From the human T2T-CHM13v2.0 reference genome, Homo sapiens, in NCBI RefSeq assembly GCF_009914755.1, contig NC_060930.1: a DNA stretch of 64,000 nucleotides. One strand, written 5' to 3'. The translations under genes were made by a program, and so were the position numbers. The notes beneath the pieces were generated by a model. The model searched no databases. It saw only the letters and a program-made list of their open reading frames with translations, and had not been told where the DNA came from. Shown here in pieces: positions 60,079 through 64,000 of the stretch. Position 1 is the stretch's first letter. Each line of letters starts with the position of its first letter.

Positions 60079-62459
60079 AATGAGGATGTGCAGGGTGTGT
60101 ACCTCATGCTGTGATGCCGTGACCAAGTAGATCATCAGGCAACTTGCTTTACCTTGATGTCCCGATTTGTTTCCTTTCTTACACTGCCAGTCGATCTGAT
60201 ATTTATCAAACTCCTACTAAGTGCCAGGCACCATTCTAGGCCAACAAAGTTCTGTCCTCAGAGAGCTTACAATCTAGTGAGAGGAGATAGACAATGACAG
60301 GAGAACAAATAAGTAAGAGAATTTGAGTGCTGATGAATGCTCTGAAGAAGATAAACAAGATAATGGACTCGAGAGTGACTGTGGTGGGGTAATTTGCTTT
60401 AGCTCAGGTGGCTCTGAAAGGTATCTTTGAGGAGCTGGCAGCTGAATAGGAAGGTGCCTCATGAGAAGGAGGCAGCCATGTAAAAATCCATGGACCAAGT
60501 GTCCACATGGAAGGAAAAGCGAGTGCAATGACCGGGCACGAGAGCAAGTGCTGGTGGTGGAGGACCTGGAGGTCCAGTGGCTGGAAAGTGGCTGATCAAG
60601 GGAAGTTGGAGAGAGCTGAGGCCACAGAACTGCCCAGGGCCTCAGAATATGGAAAACACACCCAGCTGTGTTTTACTTGTAGTGAAAAGATAGGGTTTAC
60701 CAAAGGGAGAGACAATGTGATGTAGGTTTTTTCACCAACAGCAGTTCTCAGCTGTAGCTGCCCATGAGAATCACCTGAGGAGCTTTTCAAACGCTCCCCC
60801 CGCAACCCGAGTCCCGTGTCAGCTCAGGTAAATCAGAAAGGGTTGGTAATTGCAGGAACAAAGGGTTTGCCAAGATGAGAGGGGCTGGGACCTGGAGGTG
60901 AAGGGCACTTCTTATGAACAGGATGGCAGGATTGGTGCAAGGACTCATACCTTGTTTTTTATTCTGTGTTCTTGCTTGTGAGGTTGAATACTGTGTGTTT
61001 CATGTATTTTTAACTTTTGGGAGTGCATGCTAGAAAACCCTGCTGCTTGCTGAGGTACACACTGATGTGAAAGTGACCACAGAGATGAATGCTTTGCCCA
61101 CCATCCCCCTCCTCAGTGCTTCCCCAGTGGCTTAGCTCCTTCCCCGCTGGGGTACCTGCCTGTTGTCTGCATGCTCTGGGAGGTGCCCTCTGCAGCTGTG
61201 ATTTCCCAGCACTGAGGCCAGCTTCACACCTCCAAGGTGCACTGAAGCATGTTTTCATCGTGGTTCTTTTATCCACCCTGTTTGCAGTCACCCCTCTTCA
61301 CCATTCAGGTCATCCCTGAGGTCTGGGCCAGCATTCAGGAAATACTGGCAACAAAAAGTCATTGTTATTTTAAAAGCACATGTCATCCAATTATAAAGTT
61401 ATAAAAAATATTTGAGCTCTCCAGCCTTGGAATCATTGTCATTTGTATAAGAGCTCCCTGGGTTTCATTTCAGATCTTCTCTATTGTTTAGAAGAGGTAG
61501 GCTTTGTGGAGTAACTGAGGCTGCAGAAATGGAGGGCATCCCTTTGTTTGCTGTGAAGTCATTTGTGGCTGATGCTACCCCACAGGCAGGGCCGGGGTGT
61601 GGTGGCAGGTTTGGAATTCCTGCTTCAAGACAGTGAAAGAGGAAGAGATTTGTGTAGTCATCTCCAAAAGGCCAGCAGTATAACTGCTTTGCGTTCACAC
61701 AGGGTTTTTGGCTGGAGGTGGCACTGCTGTGAATGCTTCCCCAGTTATTCAAGCCAGACAAGAGGCCTGAGAGCAGTACCACCTCCTCAGCCATCCCTGT
61801 CACACTCTCCGTCACCAAGCCCTACACGTGCTTCCTGACTAGCTCTCGAGTCTGCATTCTCCCTCACCACCGCCATGCTGCCTCCATCCCTCTTGCCTCA
61901 TCCTGTTTTGCTGCTCTTAAACCACCGTCTGCTCACTGGGGTGCTGTGATGGTCTGCAGGTGGGTGGATGCGAGGCCCTCAGCCAGAGGAACAGCCAGTG
62001 GAGCCTGAGGATGCTGAGCTCCCAACACGACATGGCTGTGAGCAGCAGCCTTATCCCTTTATCCCAGGGGACCATGAAAAATGATCATTTTCTGTGTGTT
62101 CCATAAAGCACAAGAGGTCGGGAAGCAAATAAAGATCAGATTGCACCACCCTCTTGCTGAAAACCCTTCAGAGGCCCTGTTGTGCCTACAGAAGTGTTTG
62201 CCAAACTGAGTTCCAGGGAACTCCAGGGAACACTTTTGGCAAAATGTTAATAGCTTCTCTTTGGAAAAAGGGTTCAGTGCTCAAATAGGTCAGGGAAACA
62301 CTGCCTACCCCTCATCTTCTTGGAGAGTCTCTGCACATGAGCGTATTAAAGTGTTGGTGGAGAAATCTGTTTAATTTTAATTCAACACAGCATTTCACAA
62401 ACCTGCTGGACTGTGGGATCTGTCTTTTGGGAACACAATTTGGGAAACACTAGCCTACT

Positions 62460-62750
62460 GTAGAAGTTGGCAAACTTTTTCTGTAAAGGGCCAGATAGTC
62501 AATATTTTAGACCTGGTCCTTATGGTCTCTGCTCAGCCTCCTCCGTTTTGTATTGTAGCATGGAAGCAGCCATCCACCAATTTATGGCCACTGAAACTTG
62601 AATTTCATGTAATTTTCACTTGTCACAAAATATTGTTCTTTCTTTGATTTTTTTTCTAACCATTTAAAAATACAAAAACCGTTCTTAGTTTGCAGGCTAT
62701 ACGAAAATGAGATAGGGCAGATTTGGTGGGGTTTGTAGTTTGCTGAGCTC
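62460..62750 (+). mobile_element. MER58-like hAT transposon
   Basis: GTTGGCAAACTTTTTCTGTAAAGGGCCAGATAGT start and GTAGTTTGCTGA end. Confidence 0.7.
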
Positions 62751-62933
62751 TGGTGGGGGTGGCGGGGGATGACATCCCAGCACCTCCAAGTGCACAGCTG
62801 TGTTGTGATCCAGCCCCAGCGTAACATTCCAGGCCCTGCTCACGCCTGTCCTGGGCCTGCCCCCTCACGGTGGGTGCACCGGCAGGGTGGAACCCCTTGT
62901 TGTTCACCACACCCACCCTGCTGTTTCAAGCCT

Positions 62934-63110
62934 CAGGGAGAACCTATGTAATTTGCTGGGCCCAATGCTGAATGGAAATGTGGGGCCCTTTGTTCAAAAA
63001 TTATTAAGAGTTTCAAGATAGCCACAGCAGAGCCTTAAAACAAGTATAGGCCCTTCTAAAACTGGGGCCCTGCCTGACTGTACTGGCAATACACACTTGA
63101 AGCTGGCTTT
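62934..63110 (-). mobile_element. MER45A-like hAT transposon
   Basis: TAATTTGCTGGGCCCAATGC..GGGGCCCTTTGTTCAAAAATTATTAAGAGTTTCAAGA resembles the reverse complement of MER45A. Confidence 0.65.
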
Positions 63111-64000
63111 CACTCCAGACTTTTGTTCTCTTTTCTTCAAGCTGTTTACGTCTTATTAACCATTCAAAATGCTTCTCAGCCCCCACCTCCTCTGTGAAGC
63201 TTTCTCTGACCAACTCCCAACCCCTCAAGCTTTCTCCACTCTCTCTGCCCCCTCCTTACCTGGCTGGGGTCACACTGGGCTTCATTTATCTCTTTACACA
63301 TCTGCCCCCTTTGTCTCCCCTGCTAGATAGAGCAACGTCATTAAGAAAAGTGTTTTTCTCTGTTTGTTGCCCAAGAGCCTATTACAGGGTGTGGTATATA
63401 ACAGGTATCAAATAAATATTTGTGAACCTGAACTGGTCCTGTGTGGTAAGGCTGCTGGGAGCTGTCTCCTTTTGAAGTTTACCCACGATCCATTACAAAA
63501 TTCATATAATGTGCTGCAACTGTCTACCGAGAAGATACAGACCATAGTTACACATGCTCAGTTTCATCGAGGACATTCATCAGGAATGAGAGTGAGCCCC
63601 CCAGGGCAGCTCTTCGTTGTAGTAATACCTGACAAGCTTACTCCAGTAGATTTGAAGATAGACAGGTATAGCTCCTTGACCTATAGGTATGGTTGGGTTT
63701 CCCTTCTAGAAGCTCCATGATGGCTGGGACTTGTTCACCATGGCTTCACCCGTGCAGTAAACAGCACCTGGCACATAGTCGTGGGTGCTTAATAAATATT
63801 CAGGGAGTGAATGAATGAGAGAAACGAATGCTAAAAGATAACGGTAGGCTAAAAATACTTTGTAATCGGAAACAGAATGTGTGCTTCATAATTCAGTAGT
63901 AAAGTCATTTAAGGTGGTGTGGTGATATGGAGAGAGCCCTAGCCCAGAAGTCAGGATTCTTGGGTTCCAATAATCATGACAATAACTTCTAGGTTTTGAG

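Noticed and set aside
59823-60135. Phe/Leu/Ser-rich, membrane-protein-like ORFs
   Set aside because: Translation of the CT-rich strand of a simple repeat.

Overview
This is primate (almost certainly human) genomic DNA, not prokaryotic. About 37 kb of repeat-dense intergenic sequence is followed by the CpG-island promoter and 5' part of ARMC2 on the + strand. ARMC2 is an armadillo-repeat ciliary/sperm-flagellar gene, recognised from its N-terminal peptide (chr6q21 from memory, not verified). Three coding exons were spliced by hand into one continuous frame (43679-43896, 47610-47682, 58236-58407), and the gene continues past the window end. The rest is mostly Alu (~28 copies), L1, MaLR/ERVL LTRs, DNA-transposon relics and two ribosomal-protein processed pseudogenes (RPL37A-like, RPS12-like). 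Most ORF-track entries are Alu, L1 or microsatellite artefacts. I cannot demonstrate a new biological system from sequence alone. The best testable leads are: (1) a sense-oriented MLT2A1-type LTR with DUX4-like motifs and a splice donor that could serve as an embryonic promoter for full-length ARMC2; (2) an RFX X-box whose central ATG is also a strong-Kozak out-of-frame start overlapping the ARMC2 start; (3) two L1s of different ages sharing one triplicated target site; (4) an unexplained pre-miRNA-like hairpin; (5) a locally templated ~120-bp insertion; (6) competing inverted Alus around exon 4. Repeat subfamily calls and boundaries are by eye and approximate.
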